Shown here in pieces: positions 29,534 through 39,862 of a DNA stretch of 64,000 nucleotides. The DNA is from an uncultured Gammaproteobacteria bacterium. GTDB lineage: Bacteria; Pseudomonadota; Gammaproteobacteria; UBA9214. The notes under the pieces were generated by a model. It saw only the letters and a program-made list of their open reading frames with translations, was not told where the DNA came from and did no database searches. How positions within the stretch are numbered: the first letter of the stretch is position 1; each line of letters starts with the position of its first letter. A program made the position numbers and the translations under genes. The stretch is taken from contig CAVYHX010000033.1 in assembly GCA_963768415.1 (NCBI GenBank), forward strand, positions 2,306 to 66,305. The letters are read 5' to 3'.

Positions 29534-32396
29534 CTATATGAACAGCTTCCCGTATTCCAGTTCCGGTTCGCCGCAATGGGCCAGGATGTGACTGCGTGCA
29601 GCATCACGCAGTTCCACGGCAACCGCCCAGGGACTCGTCGCTGCTTGTGCTCCAACGCGATCCGGATAGACCGGCTTGCCGATCGTGACCGTAATGGCGC
29701 CACGACGCGGGAACCAGGAATCTGACCGTAATATGGAACGGGTACCGCGGATGGCAATGGGCACCACCGGCACCTGCGCCTCTGCGGCGGCCACGAAGGC
29801 ACCCATATGGAAGGGCTGCAGGCCCGTTACCCGGGTAAAGGTCCCTTCGGGGAAAAACAACAGCGACTGGCCACGCTGCGCCAGGCCAACCAGGCGCCGC
29901 GCATCGACGATCCCCTGCTGCTGATCAAAGCGCTCGACAAACTCTGCCTGGATGCGCCGTAAAAACAACCGGGGAACCGAGCGCTGCCGCAGTTCCGCCT
30001 TCGCCACGAAACTGAACTGGCGGTCGAACGCCGCCATCAGTACAGGACCATCCAGATAACTGGCGTGATTGACGACAAATACACACGGCTGGTCGTGCGG
30101 CGGCAACTGGTCCAGGCCCTGGACCTTGAGTGGTGTACCGGTGACCCATGCCAGCGTGCGTCCGGCGGCGCGCATCGCAAGCCGGCGCCCGGCCGGGTAT
30201 GGCAGCAAGACCACCAGCAGCCAGGTTAGCGGAGCGATCAACCAGAACAGCGCCCGTGCGTACAGCCCGAACAGGCTTGCGGACAAGGTCTGGCGGGTAC
30301 GCCGCAGGAGCGGCCGCAAACTCGCCAGTGACAACCTCGCAAGCTGCCAGAAAACCGGTTGCTGTGACTTGCCGATCCGCCCGCTTTCGTAGCGTTCACT
30401 GCTTGCCGCACGCCGGATCTTGCCGCTGGAGGTCTTGAGGATCGTACCCGGCGGCGCCAGGACCACGGCATCGGGTGGCGCCTCGACCAGATCGGTGGCA
30501 ATCGCGTTGATCCTGGTCCGCAGTTGTTCCAGCTCCCCGGAATCTTGCACCCGGGTTTCCGCCATGACCACCAGGCGTTCCGTGCCCGAGCCGGGATCGT
30601 TACTGGCAAAGGCCGCCACCCGCCCCTTGCGTATCCCCGGGATATTACCCACGGCCTCCTCCAGTTCTTCCGGATAAATATTACGCCCGGCGCGGATGAT
30701 GACGTCCTTGCTGCGCCCGGTTATATACAAGTCGCCGCCGGCCATATAGGCCAGGTCACCGGAATCCAGCCAGTCACCGTTGAACAGTCGGGCCGTCTGC
30801 TCCGGATTGCGGAAATAGCCGCTGGTAGTGGACGGACCGCGAAACTGGACCCGCCCTTCCTGGCGCTCCGGGAGTTCCCTGCCGGCCGGATCAACAATGC
30901 GTATCTGATGACCGGGCAGCGCCTGGCCACAGGCCACGAAGCGCAACGCATTGGCATCCGCAGCCGCCGCAGGAATGGCCCGGCCGGAACGCATAAAGGG
31001 TTCCCGCTGGAGCCGGTCGATGCGCATGCCGCTGCCGGGACTGGGGAAGGCCAGCCCGACGGAACACTCCGCCAGACCATAGACCGGCATGAGCGCTTGC
31101 TCGCGCAATCCGCATTTACTGAAACGCGCATGGAATTGCAACATGGTGTCAGGGCTGACAGCCTCGGCGCCGTTCAGGGCGGCACGCCAGGAGCCGAGAT
31201 CGAGACCGGCGCAATCAGGTTCCTCGATGCGCCGCAGGCACAGCTCGTAACCGAAGTTGGGCGCCGCTGACAGCGTGCCGCCATAGCGGTGGATGGCCTC
31301 CAACCAGCGCCGGGGACGCGCGAGAAACGCCAGCGGTGACATCACCACCAGCAAGGCTGCATAGTAAAGACTGCCCAGCCAGGTCCCGATCAGTCCCATG
31401 TCATGATAAAGCGGTAACCAGCTGACAAATACATCGGAGCTGTCGACCTGTAGCGCCGTCCCCATGGCCCGGATATTGGCCAGTAGATTGGCATGCGTCA
31501 GTATCACGCCTTTGGGATTGCCGGTACTGCCGGAGGTATATTGCAGAAAGGCGATATCCTGCGCCCCGCGCGCCGGCATGATCAATGCGTCCATATCTTG
31601 CAAGAGTTCTTCCGGAGTCGCAATAGCTGCGCAGTGTCGGCACCTGCGATTTGAGCAGCTGCGCGACGTGTTTCGCTTCCTGAACGGTCACCAGCAGGGT
31701 GGCGCGGCAATTGGATAATATGCCGGCATGACGGCGCAGATGCTCCCCGATCTGGGTGCGCCGTACCGGCGGGTAGACGGGAACCGGGATGCCCCCGGCC
31801 AGCAGGACCCCGAAAAAGCTGAAGAAGTATTCCTTGCCGGTCGGCAACATGATGGCGACGCATTCGCCGGGCTGTAAACCATGCTGCTGCAAACCGGCAC
31901 CCAGCGCCGCTGCGCCATCCCGGAGCTGCCGGTACGTGAGGGTATCGCCCTCCTTCGCATCACTGTAAAAGACAATATGGACCCGGTCCGGATGGCTCTG
32001 CACATGCCATTGCAGTACATCAACCAGTGTCGTCGCGCTCTGCGGCGCAGCTTCTGCGCTGCCCAGGGTCAATTCGCCCGGAGCGGGCAACTCGACGGGC
32101 TGGCTTGCAACGCCTGCGCCCTGCACGGCGCGTAATAAATCGCGTGGCGTTTCCGCGTCACTGAATACCCGTTCCGGCAGCGTGATGGCGAAGCGCTTTT
32201 CGATACGGCCCAGCAGCTCCATGCGTGCCAGGCTGTCCAGCCCGAGGTCATGCGCCAGTGCACTGTCGAGTGTGACCGTGGGGTGCGCATGGCCCGGACG
32301 GGCTTCGGCAGTCAGCTCCCGGACGACCGTGAGCAGCATGCCGGGTGCATCCATGATATCACCCGGGTTATCCTCACTTGCTTGCCGGCTCATCAT
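29534..32396 (-). pseudogene. ACP - fatty acyl-AMP/CoA ligase - lysophospholipid acyltransferase (PlsC-like) fusion, one frame break near 31625
   Basis: N-terminal carrier-protein motif (DLGLDSLARMEL). AMP-binding motifs (LQYTSGSTGNPKGV, GDLAYMAGGDLYITGRSKD, KTSSGKIRR). C-terminal acyltransferase block (VVNHASYLDG...FPEGT). Pieces lie in ORFs 31401-32396 and 29534-31603. Confidence 0.8.
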
Positions 32397-32488
32397 CGCC
32401 CCTTGCGTGACCCAATGGAACCAGTACAGGCTGATCGTAACACACGCGCGGAATACCCCGTGCGCACTTTGCGGCGCATGCGCTTACA

Positions 32489-33430
32489 ATGAGGTGTCAG
32501 GGTGCCACTGCGGCTCGCCGGCACTCAATGACAATCAAGCCCTGTCAGGTTCCCGGGAGGCGCGCAGTGCGGCCATTCCTGCATCGACACATTGCCATGG
32601 TTATTCTGGTGTGCGCCTGCCACTATGGCACCCCGTGTCACGCCGAACCCGGGAAATCAGGCCTGGAAGATGCTATCTGCGGAGTCAAGGAAGCGTTCGT
32701 CTTCTGGCTGTGGAACTCTGCCGCCGGAGCGGCGGACTCCGCGCGTGTTGAGTGGATTCCCGATATTGAAGATGTCGCCATTACCAGTACAGATGGCCGT
32801 GTCCTGCGCGGCTACAAACTCAGGGCAACGCATTCCGGGGACGGGGAGCGACCCGCCAGGGGCTACTTGCTGGTTGCCCAGGGAAATGCCATGCTGGCCG
32901 ATCAGATCATCGCGCGTTTCGACCGCTTCGCTGACCAGGGATATGACGTCTATATTTTCGATTACCGTGGCTATGGCAGATCAGAGGGCAAGCGCCGGCT
33001 GAAGGCAATACTGCACGACTACCGGGTGATTATTGAACACCTCGACCGGCAATCCTATCGCGAGCGGGCATTCTATGGCATGTCATTCGGCGGGATTGTG
33101 CTGCTGAATGCGCTGCGTAACCAGTCGGGAGCAATGTCCATTGTGATCGACTCGACCCCCGGCACCTTATCGGATTATGGATGCCCCGCCGAGCACGACC
33201 CAGTCGCCAATTTACCCCGGGATACTGGAAGGCTCCTGGTCATGGCCGGCGCCGGCGATCGGGTCGTCAAACCGAAGGCAAGCCGGGCACTGCTTGATGC
33301 GGCAGAAAGCCAAGGCGCCGCGGTGTTGCGGGATCCGGAACTGGGTCATCCCTTCATGGATCGTCAAACCGAGCGCCGCATGAAAATCGTGAGCAGGTTC
33401 CTGACAGGCAAGGGCAACTGGCATGAGTGA
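32489..33430 (+). CDS. alpha/beta hydrolase, probably exported
   Basis: Nucleophile elbow GMSFGG. FDYRGYGRSEG is typical of this fold. A hydrophobic N-terminal segment (IAMVILVCACHYGTPCHA) is present. The start is uncertain. Confidence 0.7.
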   Translation: MRCQGATAARRHSMTIKPCQVPGRRAVRPFLHRHIAMVILVCACHYGTPCHAEPGKSGLEDAICGVKEAFVFWLWNSAAGAADSARVEWIPDIEDVAITSTDGRVLRGYKLRATHSGDGERPARGYLLVAQGNAMLADQIIARFDRFADQGYDVYIFDYRGYGRSEGKRRLKAILHDYRVIIEHLDRQSYRERAFYGMSFGGIVLLNALRNQSGAMSIVIDSTPGTLSDYGCPAEHDPVANLPRDTGRLLVMAGAGDRVVKPKASRALLDAAESQGAAVLRDPELGHPFMDRQTERRMKIVSRFLTGKGNWHE

Positions 33431-33445
33431 GTATGCCTGGCGGTT

Positions 33446-34657
33446 ATGGCAGGTAACCTGAGCACATCCCGGGATTACCGTTTCCCGCAGCGGGAAGGCA
33501 ACCGTTTCGAAATCCTGATCGACAGCGCGGCATTCTTTCCACGTATGCTCACGGCCATCGACTCGGCCCGGCAGTATATATTGCTGGAGATATACCTGAT
33601 TGCATCCGGCGTCGTCGCGGACCGCTTTATTGGTGCCCTGCTGGCGGCGGCAAAGCGCGGGGTTCGCATCTACCTGCTGTTCGATGATTATGGCGCCATC
33701 GGGTTGCAGCGGCGCGATCGCGACCGGCTGGTACACCGGAACATTCAAATGGTGTATTACAACCCGCTGGCCTCGCACAGCACTTTGTACAACCTGTACA
33801 GGATCTTCTGGCAGCGGACCCCGCGCAGCCTGTATCGTGATCATCGCAAATTGTTGCTGGTCGACGGCAAACTTGCCTATACAGGCGGCACCGCGATCAC
33901 CGACGCGGTTGACGCACCCCGCCAACCCGAAATGCGCTGGCGCGAGACCATGCTCGAGATTCAGGGAGCGGTGCTCGGTGACTGGCAAGAGCTCTTCACG
34001 GAAAGCTGGAATAAATATGCCGCCGAGCCATTGACGCTGCCGGTCGTGACACCACTGACTGTTTCCAATGGCCAGCCAGGCCGGCTGACTGTCAACGAGG
34101 CCCGCCGCCGGATGGGTATGCAGCGCTCGCTGCTCGGGCACATGCAACGCGCCAGACAACGCATCTGGTTTGCGACCGCGTATTTTATCCCTCCCTGGAG
34201 TATCCGCAGAAAACTCAGGCGCGCCGCCCGGGCCGGGGTCGATGTCCGCCTGCTGCTGCCCGGCCCCGTTACCGACCACCCGGGCGCGCGCCATGCCAGT
34301 CACCGTTACTATGGCCGACTGCTGAAGAACGGGATCCGCATCTACGAATACATACCGCGTTTCTTCCACGCCAAGACGGTACTCTGCGACAACTGGGTGA
34401 CCATCGGCTCCAGTAATTACGATCGCTGGAACCTGCAATGGAACCTGGAGGCCAACCAGGAGATCGACGATCCAGACACGGCCGCAACGGTCGCTGACAT
34501 ATTCAGGGATGATTTCGCCAACAGCCGCGAATACAGCTACAGCGAATGGCAACAGCGCAGCTGGCACATGCGCGCACTTGAATGGTTCTGGCGACGAGCG
34601 GAGTTACTGTCAATGAAAATCAGGCAGCGGCGGAAGCCCTGGAACAGGAAAAAATAA
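33446..34657 (+). CDS. phospholipase D / cardiolipin synthase (ClsB-like)
   Basis: Intact 403-aa ORF with two HKD motifs (HRKLLLVDG..., FHAKTVLCDNWVTIGSSN). Confidence 0.85.
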   Translation: MAGNLSTSRDYRFPQREGNRFEILIDSAAFFPRMLTAIDSARQYILLEIYLIASGVVADRFIGALLAAAKRGVRIYLLFDDYGAIGLQRRDRDRLVHRNIQMVYYNPLASHSTLYNLYRIFWQRTPRSLYRDHRKLLLVDGKLAYTGGTAITDAVDAPRQPEMRWRETMLEIQGAVLGDWQELFTESWNKYAAEPLTLPVVTPLTVSNGQPGRLTVNEARRRMGMQRSLLGHMQRARQRIWFATAYFIPPWSIRRKLRRAARAGVDVRLLLPGPVTDHPGARHASHRYYGRLLKNGIRIYEYIPRFFHAKTVLCDNWVTIGSSNYDRWNLQWNLEANQEIDDPDTAATVADIFRDDFANSREYSYSEWQQRSWHMRALEWFWRRAELLSMKIRQRRKPWNRKK

Positions 34658-34752
34658 AACTCACCTGGTGGCCTGGTGTACAGAATAGATTCTATTGTCG
34701 GGCACGGTACCTTTGTCGCCTAACCTGTGCATCAGCATGTTTCGTAGAACCA

Positions 34753-34907
34753 CCTGCAGGAGCGCCGTCCTCGGCGCGATTGTCAGGGAACCCCATCGCG
34801 GCCGGGAGGCCGCTCCCACAGGCGGTCATAAAAGCCACTGTAGGAGCGCCGTCCTTCGGCGCGATTGTCAGGGAACCCCCATCGCGGCCGGGAGGCCGCT
34901 CCTACAG
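34753..34907. repeat. two direct copies of a ~70-bp palindromic REP (family E)
   Basis: ctg(c/t)aggagcgccgtcc(t)tcggcgcgattgtcagggaacccc(c)atcgcggccgggaggccgctcc(c/t)acag occurs at 34753-34822 and 34837-34907. The outer arms are complementary. Confidence 0.75.
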
Positions 34908-34959
34908 ATGGTACATTTTTTGCCGGGACATTTTACATGCCGAATCGGTATGGAAAGGC

Positions 34960-36222
34960 TCAAACCGCGCTGTTCCAGTGCAACACGAGCCGCCGGTCCT
35001 CATCGAGTGTTACGCGGGTACCGAACCGCTTGCTTTCCCGGTTGAGCACGTCCACCAGCCATTCCGCCTCGTCCTGCGAGGCGCGGTTGATGCGCAGGTT
35101 CTTCAGCCGGGTCGGCGTCATTGTGAAGCCAAGCAGGCATCCGCTTGCCGGATCCAGGCACGGGAAGTACATCAAACCGAGATCGTCGCGGTAATTCTCA
35201 TGGCCGGGTATGCCTTCATAGTCCGTAAGAAAGTCGCCGCAACCGTAGAGGACCGGCCGGCCGTGATAGACCTCGATCCCCTTGACATGATGGGAGGAGT
35301 GACCATGGACCACGTCGACACCTGCCACATCGATCAGGGCATGGGCGAAGTCACGCTGCGCAGGCGGCACCGTATAACCCCAGTTACCACCCCAGTGGAT
35401 CGAGACGACTACGATATCACCCGTGCGCTTCACCCGCCGCACCTGATCGGTCAGCATACTGACCGTCGCCTGCGAGAGATCAGGCAACAGGTTCACACCA
35501 GGCCGCTGCGCCGACGCCAGCCAGTCCCTGTCGATGCCACTGGTCCCGGTCCCGCAGGCGAACACCACCACCCGGCCCTTGCCTGCCACTCTTATCAGCG
35601 CCGGGGCGCAGGCCTGCTCGTGTTCGCGCCCCGCACCCGCATGCCGGATGCCCGCCGCGTCCAGTGTCGCCAATGTCTCCGCCAGCCCGGCAACGCCCCA
35701 GTCAAGCACATGGTTGTTGGCCAGTACGCAGCAATCCACACCCGCCGCTTCCAGGCAACCGATATTCGCCGGGTGCATGCGATAGTTGATTCCCTTGGGC
35801 AGATAGTCGTCGCTGGCGGTGACGGCGGTCTCCAGGTTGATGATGCGCACGTCGGGACGCAGCCGCGCCAGCTCCGGTAATGCAGCGCCCCACGGATAGG
35901 CAAAGTCAACCGGCGTGGCGACCGGTCCGTTCCTGTGCTCGGCCAGCTTGACGTAGTAGCGGGCATTCCGCACATAACTCTCGTAGAGCTGCGGCTTACC
36001 GGGATGTGGCAGGATCTGATCGATGCCACGCCCCGTCATCACGTCACCGCACAGAAACAGGCTCAGCGCCGGGTTGCTGCACCCGGCATGGCTGTCATTC
36101 ACCACGCTTTGCACGGCACGTACCCGCTGCGCCCCGGTGATTGAGTACAGTGCCGCCGCGGCGCCCAAACGCAGGAACCACCGTCTGCCGTGTATCGGGT
36201 TATAGATGTGGTCTGCACACAA
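34960..36222 (-). CDS. CapA/PGA_cap family metallophosphatase-like protein with Tat-type signal
   Basis: Intact 420-aa ORF. GRRWFLRLGAAAAL twin-arginine signal. GDVMTGRG, NLETAV, ANNHVLDWG and HWGGNWG motifs. Confidence 0.8.
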   Translation of the reverse strand: MCADHIYNPIHGRRWFLRLGAAAALYSITGAQRVRAVQSVVNDSHAGCSNPALSLFLCGDVMTGRGIDQILPHPGKPQLYESYVRNARYYVKLAEHRNGPVATPVDFAYPWGAALPELARLRPDVRIINLETAVTASDDYLPKGINYRMHPANIGCLEAAGVDCCVLANNHVLDWGVAGLAETLATLDAAGIRHAGAGREHEQACAPALIRVAGKGRVVVFACGTGTSGIDRDWLASAQRPGVNLLPDLSQATVSMLTDQVRRVKRTGDIVVVSIHWGGNWGYTVPPAQRDFAHALIDVAGVDVVHGHSSHHVKGIEVYHGRPVLYGCGDFLTDYEGIPGHENYRDDLGLMYFPCLDPASGCLLGFTMTPTRLKNLRINRASQDEAEWLVDVLNRESKRFGTRVTLDEDRRLVLHWNSAV

Positions 36223-36328
36223 TGGGGCGGGTTACGAATCGCATGGTCCTGAGGACAAGTCTAGCCTGCCGCGCCGGCCCGTGCCGCGACCGGTGGTATG
36301 GCATCCTGAATTAACAGGTCACCGGCCC

Positions 36329-37495
36329 TCAGACCAGCGGCCAGTAGGGTGTTTCGATCCCCTCGCCCAGATCCGCTTCGACCAGGCGCCGCCGGATCTC
36401 GAGCAAATGTGCGATCAGTTGCGGTTCGAAGCGCTCATAGGCCGTGGCATCGGGCACGCGCCTGACTACCACCCCAAGCAGCTCGGTAATGGCATTGCCG
36501 ATGGAATTCGGGCTGATGGTGACAATCAGCCGGCCGGCATCGTTACGGTAGATCAGCTGCTTGAACGCCGGCAACCAGCGAATGGCATTGGCGTAAGCGG
36601 CATCGATGATGCAGCGGTCGCGGACTTTCTTCGCCGTTTTCAGGAAGTCGTTGTTGAACAGCAGCACGCTCTCGACCTGCTCCGGAAAATACAGATCATC
36701 CAGCATCGGTGCATTACGGGTCGACACCTGGCTGAAAAACGTGCGGTAAAAATCGATAAAACCCTTGAGGACCTCGTCATATTCCTGCCAGAAGCGGATA
36801 TCCTCGAGCGCCGCGCCCCCGCCCTGGATCTCCCAGCTCGGTAGTCCCTGCGGGTAGCCGGTCAACTCGATACGCGAGGCCGCGTCCCCTACCGGACAAA
36901 GCAGCTCGAGGTCCAGCGCCTTGTTGAAAAACTCGCGATAGACATCGTGCATGTAGGTCTCGAACAGGCTGTGCTGCCCGCCATCGGTGAGATTGGGATC
37001 CTTCGGGTCGGCCAGCACCGCATTCCGGAGTTCATCCTTGCTGAACACCATAAAATGATTATGCAGCATGCGAATACTGGGCACCCCCTTGGACGTCAGC
37101 GGCCAGGTGGCATCGAGACTTGCCTCGCCTGCCAGCAGCAGGTGTGCATCGGGATCGGGAAACTGTTCCAGCATGTAATCGATAATCACCTGGTTCATGC
37201 GGTTCCACACATGCTTTACCGTGTCCGGAACCTGCGTACGGCGCACCGGCCGGCCCAGCGGATTGAGGATGCAATTCGAGCTGTTGTAGATAATCGAGGT
37301 ATCGAACACACTGCTGTGCCCCAGCGCCTTGCGGAACAGCAACAGGTTCTCGGGATTCACCAGCAGCCCGTTGTTGTGTGCCAGGTCGTTCAGGTTTTCG
37401 GTACTGTTGAAGAACTCGTTGGATGCCATACCCTCAGGCACAGCCAGTGGTATGGGACGAAAGGGAGTAACGATTTCTCGCGGACCGGATTGCAT
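36329..37495 (-). CDS. hypothetical protein (388 aa), family not recognised
   Basis: Long ORF with balanced amino-acid composition. The opposite-strand ORFs are Arg/Gly/Ala-rich antisense artefacts. It is co-directional with CapA, which lies 107 bp downstream. Confidence 0.55.
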   Translation of the reverse strand: MQSGPREIVTPFRPIPLAVPEGMASNEFFNSTENLNDLAHNNGLLVNPENLLLFRKALGHSSVFDTSIIYNSSNCILNPLGRPVRRTQVPDTVKHVWNRMNQVIIDYMLEQFPDPDAHLLLAGEASLDATWPLTSKGVPSIRMLHNHFMVFSKDELRNAVLADPKDPNLTDGGQHSLFETYMHDVYREFFNKALDLELLCPVGDAASRIELTGYPQGLPSWEIQGGGAALEDIRFWQEYDEVLKGFIDFYRTFFSQVSTRNAPMLDDLYFPEQVESVLLFNNDFLKTAKKVRDRCIIDAAYANAIRWLPAFKQLIYRNDAGRLIVTISPNSIGNAITELLGVVVRRVPDATAYERFEPQLIAHLLEIRRRLVEADLGEGIETPYWPLV

Positions 37496-37734
37496 GGGAT
37501 CTACCTCGGGATATATTCAATAGCATGCGCTTGCGGGACAACTACTGCCGGAGAGAGCGTGATGCCGCCCTGCAAGCAAGATTACCAGTATAACGCATTC
37601 CGGCAGCGCCCCTGTGAGCGGGAAGCGCACCACTGTGACCGGTCACTACAGCCCCATCCTGCCGGTGCAGGTCATCAGGCAACGCGATGATGTGCCCGCT
37701 CTGCCGGGCCCGCAGCCATGATAGGATAATACTC

Positions 37735-38253
37735 ATGCGCTTTAAACCTTACGGGTATATTCTGCTGGCAGGCATCGTGTTACTGGCTGCGCTGATATTG
37801 TTGCGCTCCAGTGAAACGGAAAAAATCCTGCAGCAGCTGGAGGATATCCGCGTCCTGGCCGAGGTGCACTCCGCGGAGACTGCACTTGAGCAGGCCAGAA
37901 AAGCCAGGCAGATTGGTCAGGCATTCAGCGAACAGACGCGTTACGACCTGACCAATGCCGCCCATGGAATCATCGATATCACCAGCCGCAAAGAACTGGT
38001 ACAGAACATCCTGAGGGGCCGCGCAACGCTTGCCGCACTCGAACTGGCCATGGACGACCCGCAGGTACACATCGATGGCGACACGGCGCGCGTCGAATTG
38101 CAGGGCAGCGCCACAGGATCATCCCGTGGTGCACAGGGACAGTTCCTGGATATTCACACGGTCGAAATCCTGCTCGAGAAAGACCAGGATGGCTGGCTGG
38201 TGACCGGCGCACGGCATATCCGCGACGAACGCCAGCATGACAAGCCCGGATAA
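37735..38253 (+). CDS. membrane-anchored protein with NTF2/SnoaL-like C-terminal fold (tentative)
   Basis: ATG at 37735 gives MRFKPYGYILLAGIVLLAALILL (signal anchor). The C-terminal ...ARVELQGSA...HTVEILLEKDQDGWLVTGA pattern is tentative. Confidence 0.5.
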   Translation: MRFKPYGYILLAGIVLLAALILLRSSETEKILQQLEDIRVLAEVHSAETALEQARKARQIGQAFSEQTRYDLTNAAHGIIDITSRKELVQNILRGRATLAALELAMDDPQVHIDGDTARVELQGSATGSSRGAQGQFLDIHTVEILLEKDQDGWLVTGARHIRDERQHDKPG

Positions 38254-38288
38254 AATCTCATAATCGATTACTTCTTCCTCTTGCCGGC

Positions 38289-39359
38289 GTGAAATTGACC
38301 ACAATGAAATTCGAACTGTTTATTGATAACCTGAAAGAACTGATCAGACAGCCATCGGTGGTCGGAGCGGAGCATTCATTCTTCAGAGTGCTGCAACGCG
38401 CCCTGGAAGAACGCGGCGCCAGGGTCACCTGGTACGAAGGTTTGCTGGTGGCACATGGCGATGATCCCGACTCTGCCATGTTCTCCGCGCACATCGACCG
38501 GCACGGTCTGGTCTGTACCGGGCCGAATGAATTTCAGTATGCCGCCTTCGTGGCAGGCAGCCGTTCCGATCTGCTGGGTAACTCGGTTTCGGAAGAACTG
38601 ATGAACAAGGTAGCCGGGCGTTTTGAATCAACTCCGGTGACGGCTTATGAACCCTGGTCCGGCGCCTACCACGGATCCGGCGTCATCAAACGCAGCTATA
38701 TCTGCGAATACCGCAATAACCTGATCTTCGAAATCGACGGCCTGGAACATCTGGTCGCCGGCACCCCGGTTGCGTTTACGGACCGGCTCAGTATTGAAGA
38801 TGGCCGGCTGGTCGGGCAGCTCGACAATGTCCTGACTACGGCCTGCCTGGTGCATTTGTTCAGCCTTGGATACCAGGGCACTGCATTTTTTACCGCATCG
38901 GAAGAGGCCGGCAAGAGCTGGCGTTATTTACTGGAATGGTTTCGCCGGTTTGGCAATTCCACCAACCAGCTCATCGTCGTGGACACCAGTCCCTATCCCG
39001 ACAATGAATCCGCCGACCGGCAACGCGTAGTACTGCGCTGGCGCGATGCCAACGCTGAATTCAATAAAGAGACCACGGCAAAACTCGAACAGGCCTGCAA
39101 AACACTCGACATTCCCTACTCGTTCAAGGACGTGTTCATCACCCAGAAAAACACCGAGGCTGCACGCCGCGGACAGCCTGCAAAAACGCTGGGCAGTACC
39201 GAAATGGGCCGTATCACCGCCGCATCCAATGGCCTGGTGCACGGCACCACCCTGCAGGTGCCCACTACCGGGTATCACACCATGGTAGAAACCGCATCGA
39301 TCGCCGCTTGCGAAGCATTTCTCGATCTGCTGGTCAACACTGCGAAGATCACGAAGTAA
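38289..39359 (+). CDS. M42-like (or related M20/M28-type) metallopeptidase
   Basis: Intact 356-aa ORF. By eye, the SAHIDRHGLV, GQLDNVLTTACL, FTASEEAGKS and IVVDTSP blocks align with the metal ligand blocks of M42 aminopeptidases. Confidence 0.6.
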   Translation: MKLTTMKFELFIDNLKELIRQPSVVGAEHSFFRVLQRALEERGARVTWYEGLLVAHGDDPDSAMFSAHIDRHGLVCTGPNEFQYAAFVAGSRSDLLGNSVSEELMNKVAGRFESTPVTAYEPWSGAYHGSGVIKRSYICEYRNNLIFEIDGLEHLVAGTPVAFTDRLSIEDGRLVGQLDNVLTTACLVHLFSLGYQGTAFFTASEEAGKSWRYLLEWFRRFGNSTNQLIVVDTSPYPDNESADRQRVVLRWRDANAEFNKETTAKLEQACKTLDIPYSFKDVFITQKNTEAARRGQPAKTLGSTEMGRITAASNGLVHGTTLQVPTTGYHTMVETASIAACEAFLDLLVNTAKITK

Positions 39360-39478
39360 AGCAAGTAAAGGGTTCGATTACACTAAATCCTGCCTGAATT
39401 CGGGAATATGCGCCAGTCATCACCGACACCTTGTATACCATGTGAATGTGCACTTCCTGAAAAGTATAAACTCACTCA

Positions 39479-39862
39479 ATGACCAGCCTCTCACTTGCAA
39501 GCCGTATTACGATTACCCTGTGCTTCATGGCGGTACTGATGCTGGTATCACTCATACCCGGTCATCACAAGCCTGATGACTCTGGCTTCTTTCGGCTGAT
39601 TGCAACGACACCGACTCTAGTGCAAAAAGCACTGCATGTCTGTTTCTATGGAGTGTTGGCGCTGCTATTGGTATGGACTCTTGACGGTATTCAGTCCAGG
39701 ACTCATCGTTTCCTCATCACCTTGATCATTGCAGTGGCATTTGGCGCTGTAATGGAGTGGTGCCAGACCAGGGTGCCAGGCCGCTTTGGCACGGTGCATG
39801 ATGTGGCACTGAATACGGCAGGTGCCGCCCTGGGTCTTCTGGTCGCCTTCTTCTTGCTTTGA
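39479..39862 (+). CDS. VanZ-like family membrane protein
   Basis: 127-aa ORF with four TM helices and C-terminal EWCQTRVPGRFGTVHDVALNTAGAALG typical of VanZ-like proteins. Confidence 0.7.
   Translation: MTSLSLASRITITLCFMAVLMLVSLIPGHHKPDDSGFFRLIATTPTLVQKALHVCFYGVLALLLVWTLDGIQSRTHRFLITLIIAVAFGAVMEWCQTRVPGRFGTVHDVALNTAGAALGLLVAFFLL

Noticed and set aside
33212-34567. Very long antisense ORFs: 33212-34567 (minus, 451 aa). The same applies to 34582-35880 (plus, 432 aa), 20050-21393 (plus, 447 aa), 733-1722 (plus, 329 aa), 56697-57611 (plus, 304 aa) and 22598-23167 (plus).
   Set aside because: In each case the opposite strand carries unmistakable conserved motifs (HKD, CapA, beta-CASP, TPR, DUF523, Gly/Tyr repeats). 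The antisense product is an Arg/Gly/Ala/Pro-rich string, typical of stop-poor antisense frames in GC-rich DNA.
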